Shown here piece by piece: positions 13,075 to 22,754 of a stretch of 64,000 nucleotides of DNA. Source of the DNA: Candidatus Eiseniibacteriota bacterium. Its GTDB lineage: Bacteria; Eisenbacteria; RBG-16-71-46; CAIMUX01; VGJL01. Position 1 is the first letter of the stretch. Every line of letters starts with the position of its first letter. The notes below the pieces were generated by a model. That model was not told where the DNA came from, searched no databases, and saw only the letters and a list, made by a program, of their open reading frames with translations. The position numbers and the translations under genes were made by a program. The stretch lies in NCBI GenBank assembly GCA_041946735.1, contig JBHGAY010000007.1, positions 32,001 to 96,000 of the forward strand, written 5' to 3'.

Positions 13075-13799
13075 GCGCGGCGAGCGGCGCGCCGGATCCG
13101 ACGGAGCCGAAACGGGACCCGCCGCGGGATCTCGCTCCGGAACGGCGTTTCCGCTGGATCGGCGCCCTCGGGGCTGCATTCATCCGCGCATGGGGCGCGA
13201 CGCTGCGGATCGACTGGATCGGCCGGGAGGCGATCGAGGAGGTGGCGCGTCGCGGCGGCCGCGTCGTCTTCGCGTTCTGGCACGGACATCTCCTCACCCT
13301 CACCTTCAGCCACCGCCGTCGCGGCATCGTCGTCCTCGTGAGCCGCAACAAGGACGGGGAGATCATCAGTCAGATCATCTGCCGGCTCGGTTTCGGAGTC
13401 GTGCGAGGCAGCACGAGCCGCGGCGCGGTCCGGGCGCTCCTCGAGATGGCGAGGGCGGGGCGCGACGGCCGGCCCCTGGGGGTGACGCCCGACGGACCGC
13501 GGGGACCGCGGCACGAGCTGCAGCCGGGCGTGCTGCAGATCGCTCAGCGCTCGGGACTGCCGATCGTCCCGCTCGCCGTCGCCGCGGTGCGACGCACCGA
13601 GCTTCGCTCTTGGGACCGCTTCCTGGTCCCGCACCCGTTCAGCCGCGTGGCGATCGTGACGGGACGACCGATCTCGCTCCCCGGCGATCTCGCTCCCGAG
13701 GCGCTGGCCGAGCAGTGGGGACCGCGGATCGCGGCGGCGATCGACGACGCCTGCGCGCGCGCGGACGCATGGCGCGCCGAGAGGACGGGCGAGAGGTGA
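13071..13799 (+). CDS. DUF374 / lysophospholipid acyltransferase family protein (LpxJ-like candidate)
   Basis: AFWHG, LVSRNKDGE, VRGSTSRG, TPDGPRGP, SWDRFLVPHPF; ATGA overlap with lpxB. Confidence 0.82.
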   Translation: MSAASGAPDPTEPKRDPPRDLAPERRFRWIGALGAAFIRAWGATLRIDWIGREAIEEVARRGGRVVFAFWHGHLLTLTFSHRRRGIVVLVSRNKDGEIISQIICRLGFGVVRGSTSRGAVRALLEMARAGRDGRPLGVTPDGPRGPRHELQPGVLQIAQRSGLPIVPLAVAAVRRTELRSWDRFLVPHPFSRVAIVTGRPISLPGDLAPEALAEQWGPRIAAAIDDACARADAWRAERTGER

Positions 13800-15211
13800 T
13801 CCTCCCGATCGCGATGGCGCTCTATCAGGCCCTCGCGAGCCTCGCCGTCGCGTTGGCCATCCCGCTGCTCCTGCTCTTCTCTCGCGAGTCGCTTGCCGAA
13901 CGCCTCGGAGGCGGTGCGGCGGCTCCGGGGCGGGCCGCGGAACAGGCGCCGGCCCTCGGCCCCATAGCGGGGGAGTCGGCCTCCGTCGCCGCGCGCGCTC
14001 GCCGCGCGGCAAGCGACGGCCCGATCTGGGTGCATGCCGCGAGCCTGGGAGAGTTCGAGGCGGCCGCGCCGCTTCTGCGCGCGTGGACCGGCCGCGGGAT
14101 CCCGGTCCTCGTCTCGTGCACCAACCGGACGGCTCGCGAGCGGATCGGCAAGCGACTCCCGCGCGGCGCTTCCGTCCGGCTCGCGCCGCTCGATCTCCTG
14201 CCCCTCGCCGCTCGCGCGCTCAGGCGCGAGGCACCCACCGCGCTCGTCTTCATCGAGACGGAGATCTGGCCCGCCTGGATTCTCGCCGCTCGGCGCCGCC
14301 GCATCCCGGTCGCCTTCGTCAGCGCCCGGCTCTCGGACCGCGCGTTCCCACGTTACCGGCGTCTCCGGATCCTCCTCGCCCCGCTCCTTCGCTCGGCCGC
14401 GGTCATCGGCTGCCGCACCGAGGAAGATCGCGCGCGCTGGATCGCGATCGGCGCAGACGCCTCCCGCTGCCACGTGTGGGGAAACACGAAGTACGAAGCG
14501 GGACAGCCGCCGCCGGCGCAGGCCGAACGGCCCGCGCGGCAGGCGAGCGCGGCAGCCGGCGGCGCCAACGACGGCCACGGCTCCGATCCATTCGTCCTCG
14601 TCTGCGGCTCGGTGCGTCCAGGCGAGGAGGAGGTCCTCCTCCTCGCCGCCCGCGAACCTCGCGTCCGGCTCGTCGTCGCGCCGCGCCATCTGCGTGCCCT
14701 CGATCGATGGGAATCCGAGGCACTGCGGCGCGGCCTCGCCACCGCCCGCATTTCGCGCGTCGGGCTCGAGGGAGACGGGGAGGATCTCGCGCAGGCGGTG
14801 CGCGAGGACGGTCTTCCGCAAGTCCTGCTCGTCGACCGGATGGGAGTTCTACCAGCGTTCTACCGCGCCGGCGACGCCGCCTTCGTCGGGGGAACCCTGG
14901 TTCCGGTCGGCGGCCACAACCTCTTCGAGCCGGCTCGGGAGGGAAAGCCGGTGCTGTTCGGACCGTTCACGAGCGGGGTGCGCGACGTCGCGGAAGCCCT
15001 CCTCGCCTCGGGGGGCGGGGCGCAGGTGGCGGGGGGCGCGGATCTGGCCCGGCACGTCGCTCCGTGGATCGAGAATCGGGACGGCGCGATCCAGGCCGGC
15101 CGCGCGTCGCGGTCCGCCGCCGAGAACCTCGGAGGCGCCGCGGAGAGGACGCTCGCCGGTCTCGCCTCGATCGGGATCGGCTGCGCCGCGCCCGAGGCGG
15201 TCGCGCGATGA
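13796..15211 (+). CDS. waaA: Kdo transferase
   Basis: IWVHAASLGE, IETEIWP, GNTKY, VAPRH, AFVGGTLVPVGGHNLFEPA. Confidence 0.92.
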   Translation: MILPIAMALYQALASLAVALAIPLLLLFSRESLAERLGGGAAAPGRAAEQAPALGPIAGESASVAARARRAASDGPIWVHAASLGEFEAAAPLLRAWTGRGIPVLVSCTNRTARERIGKRLPRGASVRLAPLDLLPLAARALRREAPTALVFIETEIWPAWILAARRRRIPVAFVSARLSDRAFPRYRRLRILLAPLLRSAAVIGCRTEEDRARWIAIGADASRCHVWGNTKYEAGQPPPAQAERPARQASAAAGGANDGHGSDPFVLVCGSVRPGEEEVLLLAAREPRVRLVVAPRHLRALDRWESEALRRGLATARISRVGLEGDGEDLAQAVREDGLPQVLLVDRMGVLPAFYRAGDAAFVGGTLVPVGGHNLFEPAREGKPVLFGPFTSGVRDVAEALLASGGGAQVAGGADLARHVAPWIENRDGAIQAGRASRSAAENLGGAAERTLAGLASIGIGCAAPEAVAR

Positions 15212-16374
15212 GCGACGCGCGCCTCTCGCCGGCCGTTCGCTCCTGGATCGAGCGCGCGTGGAGTTCTCCTCCCGAGCCTGCTCCGCGCGGCGCCGTCGTG
15301 CTGACCGGCTTGTCCGCTCTCTATCGGATCGGCTTCGCGCTCGCCCCCGCTTTGGCGCTCGCCCGCCGCCGGCCATGTGCACGCGCCCCGATCCCGGTCG
15401 TCTCCGTCGGATCGATCCACGTCGGTGGCTCGGGAAAGACGCCGCTCGCACGCGAGATCGCCCGGATCGCGAGCGCTCGCGGTCTCTCGCCGGCCTTGGT
15501 CCTGCGGGGCTACCGGGGGACCTACCGGGGCCGGGCGGAGCACGTCGACGCGGGAGCCGAACATGCGGCCGAGCGGTACGGGGACGAGGCCGCCCTGCAC
15601 GCGGCGAGCGGGGCCCGCGTGTACGTCGCGCGACGGAGGATCGAAGGGGTGCGCGCGGCGGCGCGCGGGGGAGCGAAGCTTGCGATCCTCGACGACGGGA
15701 TGCAGCACCGCGCCCTATGCCGCGATCTCGAGATCGTCACGCTGCCCGACGATGCCCCTCTCGGAAACGGCCGCGCCCTTCCGCGCGGTCCGCTGCGCGA
15801 GCCGCCGGCGGCGTTGGGCCGTGCGGACCTCCTCGTCCTTGCGTATCGCTCCCCGGCGCGCGGGCCGTTCTGCGATCCGGCCGTCCTGCCGCGGCTTCGC
15901 CCCGGGATCCCGATCCTGAGCTGGCGGGCGGCGATTCGCCTTCGTCCGATCGCGGCCGGGGCCGTTGACGGGGTCGAGGCCGGCGCTGATGTTCCGGTCG
16001 CCGGCGATCGCGTCGGAGTCCTGTGCGGGATCGCGCGCCCTGCGACCTTCGAGGCGAGCCTGCGCGAAGCGGGGTTTCTACCGGCCCGGCGATTCGCTTT
16101 CGCCGACCATCACCGATTCACCGCGCAGGAGACTGCGGAATGCCGGCGCGCCGCTTCGCGTGAGGGGCTTCGCTGGCTCGTGACGACCGAGAAGGACGCG
16201 GTCCGCATTCCTGCCTGCCGGGAAGCGGAAGGTGAAGGGGAAGGCGAAGCGGAACCAGAAAGGGCAGGGGAAGCAAGGATCGTGGTCGCCGAGATGGATC
16301 TGCGCTGGAACGAAGAGGAGGCCCCCGAGACGATCGGGGACCTCCTCGAGCGATGCTTGGAAGGAGCGCGGTAG
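15208..16374 (+). CDS. lpxK: Tetraacyldisaccharide 4'-kinase
   Basis: VSVGSIHVGGSGKTP, LRGY, GDE, LDDGMQH, LPRGPLREP, FADHH, TTEKDAV. Confidence 0.93.
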   Translation: MSDARLSPAVRSWIERAWSSPPEPAPRGAVVLTGLSALYRIGFALAPALALARRRPCARAPIPVVSVGSIHVGGSGKTPLAREIARIASARGLSPALVLRGYRGTYRGRAEHVDAGAEHAAERYGDEAALHAASGARVYVARRRIEGVRAAARGGAKLAILDDGMQHRALCRDLEIVTLPDDAPLGNGRALPRGPLREPPAALGRADLLVLAYRSPARGPFCDPAVLPRLRPGIPILSWRAAIRLRPIAAGAVDGVEAGADVPVAGDRVGVLCGIARPATFEASLREAGFLPARRFAFADHHRFTAQETAECRRAASREGLRWLVTTEKDAVRIPACREAEGEGEGEAEPERAGEARIVVAEMDLRWNEEEAPETIGDLLERCLEGAR

Positions 16375-16398
16375 CCGTCGAGAGGCGGTCGCGCACGC

Positions 16399-16463
16399 TC
16401 TCCGCGTTCGCGCTTGCCTTGCGTTCTCCGCGTTCGCGCTTGCCCTGCGTCGCCGCGTTCGCG
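16399..16463. repeat. 26-bp direct tandem repeat (about 2.5 copies) between convergent genes
   Basis: TCTCCGCGTTCGCGCTTGCCTTGCGT (16399-16424), TCTCCGCGTTCGCGCTTGCCCTGCGT (16425-16450), partial CGCCGCGTTCGCG. Confidence 0.85.
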
Positions 16464-16492
16464 GCGTCCCGGTCTTCGGCCTCGGCCGGGGC

Positions 16493-17071
16493 CTACTTGG
16501 GGTCGGCCCAGTTCGCGCAGTGGACCGGCAGCGAGCCCTCGACGCGCACCGCGTCTCCGGAGTCCTCTTCTTTGCCGGTGATCACGATGTCGGCGGTGAA
16601 CAGCAGCTCGCCTCCGACCTGCAGCGATTGCAGCGGCGCCTCCATCTTGTAGCCGGCCGGCACGATCGTGATCTCCCCGGTCGCCGTCGATCCGCTCGGG
16701 ACCCGCAGGTGCATCGCCCCTTCGACGGCGTCGAGTTGCTCGGTCCCGTGGAACGTCACCTTGTACCGATCGAAGACGACCGCGCCGTACGGGCCGGTCG
16801 GATCGATCGAGAGGGCAGGATCGCTCGGCTGGTTGTGGATCTCCACGGCGACCTGGTCCTCGATAATGAAGTCGTCTTCCGTCCCCGGGACATCGTCGTC
16901 CCCGTTGTTGTAGACGTCGCTCTCGAGCGCCTGGCCGCCGTGGATCGACTCGATCCAGACAGCGGAGCGCGGCGCGCTCTCGTCGGAGCACGAGACAACG
17001 AGGGCGAGCAGAAGAGCGGCGGGAATCAGCGCGAGCAGCGTCCGCAGGCGCGGTGCGACATTCGCCGGCAT
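16493..17071 (-). CDS. Uncharacterised lipoprotein
   Basis: Signal peptide with lipobox LVVS-C; GGAGG upstream of ATG; beta-rich mature part with acidic NGDDDVPGTEDD motif. Confidence 0.8.
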   Translation of the reverse strand: MPANVAPRLRTLLALIPAALLLALVVSCSDESAPRSAVWIESIHGGQALESDVYNNGDDDVPGTEDDFIIEDQVAVEIHNQPSDPALSIDPTGPYGAVVFDRYKVTFHGTEQLDAVEGAMHLRVPSGSTATGEITIVPAGYKMEAPLQSLQVGGELLFTADIVITGKEEDSGDAVRVEGSLPVHCANWADPK

Positions 17072-17109
17072 GGCAAAACCTCCTCCGACCGAAGCCGGGG
17101 CGAATCCCT

Positions 17110-17138
17110 TTGCCGTACTTATCGTCCGCCGATATACT
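17110..17138 (+). promoter_or_regulatory. sigma70-type promoter for the nadB operon
   Basis: TTGCCG-17 bp-TATACT, about 60 bp upstream of the nadB ATG. Confidence 0.7.
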
Positions 17139-17199
17139 GCCCTGAACCGAAAAGGGGTAGCGTTTCCCGCGGGGGAGCGAGGACCAGAGAACGGGCAGG

Positions 17200-18789
17200 A
17201 TGATCACAACGGATTTTCTGGTATTGGGTTCGGGGATCGCGGGACTCCTCTTCGCCCTGACGGCCGCCAAGCACGGCACGGTCACCATCCTGACGAAGAA
17301 GGCGCGGGCGGACTCGAACACGGCGTGGGCGCAGGGGGGGATCGCTTCCGTCCAGGGCCGGGACGATTCGATCGATTTGCACCTCCGCGACACGCTGACC
17401 GTCGGCTCCGGGCTCTCACGTCCCGACATCGTCCGGCTGATCGTCGAGCAGGGGCCGCGCGCGGTGGCAGAGCTGGAGCGGCTCGGCGTTCGCTTCTCGC
17501 GCGAAGGGGACCGGCTCGCGCTCGGCCGCGAGGGGGGGCATTCGCGCCGCCGTGTCGTCCATGCGGGCGACTCCACCGGCAGGACGATCGAAGAGGCGCT
17601 CCTCGCGAGCGTCGCCGCTTCTCCGAACATCCGGGTCCTCGAGAATCACTGCGCGGTCGATCTGATCCGCCGCGCGAGGCTCGGGCCGGGCGCGGGGGAG
17701 GGCGTGGCGGGCGCCTACGTCCTCGATGGCGCGACCCGCCGCATCGTCCCGTTCGCCGCGCGCGTCGTGTTCCTCGCCACCGGCGGATGCGGGAAGGTCT
17801 ACCGCTTCACTTCGAATCCGGACATCGCGACCGGCGACGGGATCGCGATGGCGTTTCGCGCCGGCTGCCGCGTCGCGAATCTCGAGTTCATGCAGTTCCA
17901 TCCCACCTGCCTCTACCATCCCTCGGCGAAGAACTTCCTGATCAGCGAGGCGGTGCGCGGGGAAGGAGCGACGCTGACGACCGTGTCGGGCGAAAGGCTC
18001 GAGATCGATCATCCGATGCAGGACCTGGCGCCGCGCGACATCGTGGCTCGCGCGATCGACCGGGAGATGAAGCGGCGGGGCGATCACTACGTCCTGCTGC
18101 ACATGGAAGGAATCGGCGCGGATCGCGTGCGCTCCCGCTTCCCCGCGATCTACGAGACCTGCTTGCGCTTCGGCCTGGACGTCACGAAGCAGCCGATCCC
18201 GGTCGTCCCCGCCGCTCACTACATGTGCGGCGGGGTCGTCGTCGATTCGTGGGGACGGACGGACCTGCCGGGTCTCTATGCGGGGGGCGAGACCGCCTGC
18301 ACCGGCCTGCACGGCGCCAACCGTCTTGCGAGCAACTCGCTGCTCGAGGCGACCGTCTTCGCGCTGCGAGCGGCGGAAGACGCGGCCGCCCGCCTGCAGG
18401 AGATCGCGGCGGCGCCCGCGCTTCCCGCATGGGAGGTCGGCGCGGCGAGCCTTCCCAAGGAGACGGTGCTGATCGATGCCCACTGGGATCTCGTCCGGCG
18501 CCTGATGTGGGACTTCGTGGGGATCGTCCGCACCGATCACCGCCTCGAGCTCGCCTCCCGCTATCTCTCGATCCTCCGCAGCTCGATCGAGGCGTACTAC
18601 TGGGACTTCGTGCTGGACGCCGACCTGATCGAGCTGAGGAACGTGGCGCTGGTGGCCGAGCTGATCGTCCGGTGCGCTCGCGAGCGGCACGAGTCGCGCG
18701 GCCTGCACTACAACGAGGATCATCCGGCGGAGGACCCGGCCGAACAGCACGACACCGTCCTTCGGGATGAGATCGCCGTGCAGTCGTGA
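17200..18789 (+). CDS. nadB: L-aspartate oxidase
   Basis: GSGIAGL FAD motif, SNTAWAQGGIA, REGGHS, EFMQFHPT, PAAHY, HGANRLASNSLLE. Confidence 0.95.
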   Translation: MITTDFLVLGSGIAGLLFALTAAKHGTVTILTKKARADSNTAWAQGGIASVQGRDDSIDLHLRDTLTVGSGLSRPDIVRLIVEQGPRAVAELERLGVRFSREGDRLALGREGGHSRRRVVHAGDSTGRTIEEALLASVAASPNIRVLENHCAVDLIRRARLGPGAGEGVAGAYVLDGATRRIVPFAARVVFLATGGCGKVYRFTSNPDIATGDGIAMAFRAGCRVANLEFMQFHPTCLYHPSAKNFLISEAVRGEGATLTTVSGERLEIDHPMQDLAPRDIVARAIDREMKRRGDHYVLLHMEGIGADRVRSRFPAIYETCLRFGLDVTKQPIPVVPAAHYMCGGVVVDSWGRTDLPGLYAGGETACTGLHGANRLASNSLLEATVFALRAAEDAAARLQEIAAAPALPAWEVGAASLPKETVLIDAHWDLVRRLMWDFVGIVRTDHRLELASRYLSILRSSIEAYYWDFVLDADLIELRNVALVAELIVRCARERHESRGLHYNEDHPAEDPAEQHDTVLRDEIAVQS

Positions 18790-19187
18790 CCGGCGAAAGA
18801 AACGAGACGAGGCGACCTCCCATGGCAAGTCCCGAGGCGTTCGAGAAGATCGAGGAGATCGCGGTGAGCGACGGCCGCTTCCTTCCGGCCGCCTACCTGT
18901 TCCTGCTGCGCTGCATCGAACACGCGCGCCAGCGGCTCGACCGCGAGGGGCACGTCACCGGCCAGGAGCTGGTCGAGTCGGCGCGGCAGCTCGCCATGGC
19001 CGAGTACGGCCCGATGGCGAAGGCCGTGCTGAACCACTGGGGGGTCCAGAGGACCGACGACTTCGGGTCGATCGTCTTCCTCATGATCGATCACGGACTG
19101 CTCAGCAAGACCGCCGAGGACTCACCGGACGACTTCCGAGACCGGTTCGACTTCGACACGGAGTTCGTCCAGAACTATCGCTGGTGA
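18786..19187 (+). CDS. Conserved hypothetical protein resembling the Minf_1886/TIGR04138 family (alternative start 18822)
   Basis: AYLFL...HVTGQEL...YGPMAKAVLNHWGV...DDFGSIVF...KTAEDS.DDF pattern, recalled from that family. Confidence 0.72.
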   Translation: MTGERNETRRPPMASPEAFEKIEEIAVSDGRFLPAAYLFLLRCIEHARQRLDREGHVTGQELVESARQLAMAEYGPMAKAVLNHWGVQRTDDFGSIVFLMIDHGLLSKTAEDSPDDFRDRFDFDTEFVQNYRW

Positions 19188-19190
19188 GGG

Positions 19191-20189
19191 ATGCGTCGCA
19201 TCCTGCTCGCCCGCCTTCACTCTCTCGGGGACGTGGTCCTTTCCACCGGGATCGCCGCTCGCGTCGCCGGCGTCGAGGGCGCGCGTGTCGAGATCCTCAC
19301 GCTCCCTGCGTTCCGCCCGCTCTTCGCCGGCCTGCCGGTCGCGGCAATCTGGGATCCGGCGACGCTCCCTCGCAAGGCGGGATCGTTCGACCGGGTGATC
19401 GACCTCCAGGCGAGCGCCACGTCCCGGCGCATCCTCCGCGGCCTCGGCCCGCCGGCGCGGTGCCGCTCCCGCTCGGCGGCGCGCCGCTGGGTCGTCCTCT
19501 GGGGAGACCGCCCGCCGCGTCCCGCGATTCCGCACGCCGTCGTCCGGTACGCGGAGGCGGCGGGGATGGCCGGCGAGCCGGTTTCACGCCTGCGTCCGAC
19601 CGTCCAGGTCACGGAGGAGGAGCAGGCGGAGGCGCGGCGCCGTTTCCCGGCGGCTTGGGAGCGCACCGCCCGCCCGTGCGCAGCGCTGGCGACCGGGGCG
19701 TCACGCGCGATGAAGCGATGGCCCGAGGATCGCTTCGAGGCGGTGGCGCGCGCGCTCGAGGCGGAGGGATGGAGCACGATCCGGCTGGACCCACCGCGAA
19801 GCGGCGCCGGCCGGACGCTTGGTACCGGCCAGGTTGACGCCGATGGCTACGGCGAGGAGCCGGGCCGGGTGCGCGCTCCTCTCGGGCCATTGAAGGCGAT
19901 CCTCGCGCGGTGCCGGGCGCTGGTCTCCAACGACTCGGGCGTGATGCACCTCGGCGCCGGTCTGGGCGTTCCGGTGGTCGCCCTCTTCGGCTCGACGAGC
20001 CCTGTCTTCGGCTTCGCGCCGCTCGGCCCGCGCGACCGGGTGCTCGGACGCCCGCTCGAATGCCGGCCGTGCGCGGCGCACGGGGCGCGGTTCTGCTGGC
20101 TCGGCCATCGCCGGTGCCTCGAGGAGATCCAGGCCGGCGAGGTCGCGACGGCGGCGGCGGCGATCCTGCGGGAAAGGAGCCCCCGATGA
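19191..20189 (+). CDS. Glycosyltransferase family 9 (LPS heptosyltransferase, WaaF-like)
   Basis: RLHSLGDVVL, KRWP, VSNDSGVMHL, VALFGST, C-terminal CRPC..HG..C...H.RC. Confidence 0.88.
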   Translation: MRRILLARLHSLGDVVLSTGIAARVAGVEGARVEILTLPAFRPLFAGLPVAAIWDPATLPRKAGSFDRVIDLQASATSRRILRGLGPPARCRSRSAARRWVVLWGDRPPRPAIPHAVVRYAEAAGMAGEPVSRLRPTVQVTEEEQAEARRRFPAAWERTARPCAALATGASRAMKRWPEDRFEAVARALEAEGWSTIRLDPPRSGAGRTLGTGQVDADGYGEEPGRVRAPLGPLKAILARCRALVSNDSGVMHLGAGLGVPVVALFGSTSPVFGFAPLGPRDRVLGRPLECRPCAAHGARFCWLGHRRCLEEIQAGEVATAAAAILRERSPR

Positions 20190-20842
20190 GCTGGAGCGAG
20201 ACGCTGATCCGCGTCGGCCTCGCGCTCGTTCTCGCCCTTCCGATCGGATGGGAACGCGAGTTCACGCGGAAGCCGGCCGGCCTTCGCACCCACCTTCTCG
20301 TCAGCCTCGGATGCTGCCTGTTCACGCTGATCGGCATCGACCTCGCGATGCGATTCCCCGGCGGCGCGTCCGACCCGGCCCGCATTGGGGCGCAGGTGGT
20401 CACGGGGATCGGCTTCCTCGGCGGCGGCGCGATTCTCCGCTGGGGCGGCGCCGTCCACGGGCTGACCACCGCCGCTTCGATCTGGACGACGGCTGCGATC
20501 GGGATGGCGGTAGGGAGCGGCTACTATCGAGGCGCAGCCGTCGCGGCGGTCGCCGCGTACATCGTCCTCGTGGTGGTCGAGCGCTGGGAACGGCGTTTCG
20601 CGGGGACGAAGCGGCGCCTGGAGCTGCGCGTGCGGGTCGCCGACCGCGAGACGGCCGAGCGGGTGCGCGAGATGCTCGGGTCGATGCGCGTCCGCACGAG
20701 CGAGGTGGCGATCGAGGAGATCGGGAGCGGGGAGACCTACCTTGTCGCGCGCGGCGCGTTGGGCTCCCGGGTCGTTCGCGCGATCTTCCACCGGCTCTCC
20801 GGCGATCCCGGGGTGCTGGGAATCGAGAGGCGGGACGGATGA
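20186..20842 (+). CDS. MgtC/SapB family membrane protein
   Basis: IGWERE, AGLRTH, DPARIGAQVVTGIGFLGGGAI, GLTTAASIW. Confidence 0.92.
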   Translation: MSWSETLIRVGLALVLALPIGWEREFTRKPAGLRTHLLVSLGCCLFTLIGIDLAMRFPGGASDPARIGAQVVTGIGFLGGGAILRWGGAVHGLTTAASIWTTAAIGMAVGSGYYRGAAVAAVAAYIVLVVVERWERRFAGTKRRLELRVRVADRETAERVREMLGSMRVRTSEVAIEEIGSGETYLVARGALGSRVVRAIFHRLSGDPGVLGIERRDG

Positions 20843-22749
20843 GCACCATCGAGGACAGCGAAGCGGGCGATCGCCCGGGCGAACCTGCGGGATCCGGCGG
20901 CGGTCTGGCGTCGTCCGGCGCCCCGGCTCCCGCGGAGACTGCGGGGAGCGTGCGGCGCTTGCCGCCCGACCTGGTGGCGAAGATCAGCGCGGGGGAGATG
21001 ATCCTGCGGCCGGTCTCCGCCGCGAAGGAGCTGCTCGAGAACGCGATCGACGCCGGAGCTCGCCATGTTTCCCTCGAGGTGCGCGAGACGGCGGACCGCT
21101 ACCTCTCGGTCAGCGACGATGGCTGCGGCATGACGCCGGACGAGGTCCGGCTCGCGATCGAGCGGCACGCGACGAGCAAGCTCGAGCGGGAATCGGACCT
21201 TCTTACGGTGCAGACGCTCGGTTTCCGGGGCGAAGCGCTGCCGTCGATCGGACGGATCGCGCGTCTGACGATCGTCACCTCCGCCGACGGGACGACCGGA
21301 ACCGAGGTGCGCGTGTACGGAGGCGACTGCGAAGCGATTCGCCCAGCGCCGCGCGGCCGCGGAACGACGGTGACGGTCGAGGACCTCTTCTTCAACACGC
21401 CGGTCCGCAAGCGCTTCCTCCGCTCCCCGGTCGGAGAGATCCGCTTGATCCAGCGGCTCATGTCCTCCTATGCGCTCGCCTGTCCCGAGATCGACTTCCG
21501 CCTCGTGGTCGACGCTCGCGAGGTCGCCCGTTACGTGGCCGCGGAGCCGGTCGAACGGCTCGAGCAGGTCTACGGCCCCGGTTTCCGCAACAAGGTCCTG
21601 CCGCTGCGTGGCGAGCATCCGCGCGTGCGCGTGGGCGGATGGATCGGCATCCCCGAGATGGCGCGAGCGACCGCTCAGGGGCAAACGGTCCTCGTGCATG
21701 GGCGCTGGGTCAGCCATCCGCCGCTCGCGCATGCGCTCCGCCAGGGATACGGCGACCGCATCCCGGCGAATCGCCAGCCTTTCGCCGTCCTGCTGCTCGA
21801 TCCGCGCGCCGGGACCGTCGACGTTAACGTCCATCCGACCAAACGCGAGATCCGCTTCCTCGAGGAAGGTCTCGTGTACGCGGAAGTGGCGCGGGCGGTC
21901 CGCGAAGCGACGCGCCGGCTGATTCCCGCAATCGGCGGCACGGAGGAAGGCTGGCGGACGGTCGCGCGCGTCGAGCCGGAGGACGCGGCGGATGCCGGCC
22001 AGGCGCGCGGCGGTGGTGGCGGCAGCGCCATGCTTCCGCTCCCCGGGCTGATCTATGGACCGGAGGGGCGGACGGCGGAGGATCGATGGCGCGTGCGCGA
22101 CGCGGACGGCTCGACAGCCGACGAGGACCGTCCGGGCGGCGTCGCCAGACTCGATTCCGGCGCCTCACAGCCGGCGGCCGCGTCGATCCCGCTCTGGCAG
22201 GTCCAGGATCGCTACATCGTCGGGCACACGCGGCAAGGGATCCTGATCGTCGACCAGCATGCGGCCCATGAGCGCATCCTCTACGAGAAGGCTCTCGTCT
22301 GGCTCTCCGGGGAGCAGCCGACCCGCCAGGCCCTCCTCTTTCCGGTCACCGTGCGCCTGGAGCCCGGGGAGGCCCTGCTCCTCGAGGAGATCCTCGCCGA
22401 ACTGCATCGCCTCGGCCTCGACGTCCAGCCCTTCGGCGGCGACGAGGTGATCCTGCGAGCGGTCCCGGCCTCCTGGCAGGGGGATCCTGCGTCGATGCTG
22501 CACGACCTCCTCGAGGACCTTCGCGACCGCACGAGACGACGCGAGGAGCGGACGAGCGCCCTCGCGGCCTCCTTCGCCTGTCACAGCGCGATCCGGTCCG
22601 GCCAGAAGCTCGACCTCGCCTCGATGAACCGACTGATCGACGAGCTGTTCGCGACGAGCCTTCCGCACGGAGATCCTCACGGACGGCCGACCTACATGAT
22701 CCTTTCGGCCGAGGAGCTGGACCGCCGGTTCGGACGAACGGGAGGCTGA
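20839..22749 (+). CDS. mutL: DNA mismatch repair protein MutL (endonuclease type)
   Basis: ISAGE..RP.S..KELLENAIDAG, HATSK, GFRGEAL, DVNVHPTK, DQHAAHERILYE. Confidence 0.95.
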   Translation: MSTIEDSEAGDRPGEPAGSGGGLASSGAPAPAETAGSVRRLPPDLVAKISAGEMILRPVSAAKELLENAIDAGARHVSLEVRETADRYLSVSDDGCGMTPDEVRLAIERHATSKLERESDLLTVQTLGFRGEALPSIGRIARLTIVTSADGTTGTEVRVYGGDCEAIRPAPRGRGTTVTVEDLFFNTPVRKRFLRSPVGEIRLIQRLMSSYALACPEIDFRLVVDAREVARYVAAEPVERLEQVYGPGFRNKVLPLRGEHPRVRVGGWIGIPEMARATAQGQTVLVHGRWVSHPPLAHALRQGYGDRIPANRQPFAVLLLDPRAGTVDVNVHPTKREIRFLEEGLVYAEVARAVREATRRLIPAIGGTEEGWRTVARVEPEDAADAGQARGGGGGSAMLPLPGLIYGPEGRTAEDRWRVRDADGSTADEDRPGGVARLDSGASQPAAASIPLWQVQDRYIVGHTRQGILIVDQHAAHERILYEKALVWLSGEQPTRQALLFPVTVRLEPGEALLLEEILAELHRLGLDVQPFGGDEVILRAVPASWQGDPASMLHDLLEDLRDRTRRREERTSALAASFACHSAIRSGQKLDLASMNRLIDELFATSLPHGDPHGRPTYMILSAEELDRRFGRTGG

Positions 22750-22754
22750 TCCGC

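Noticed and set aside
16399..16463. Possible CRISPR array (also considered for 54470-54518)
   Set aside because: Repeats are adjacent or have only 5-6 bp linkers, so there are no spacers, and there are no cas genes.
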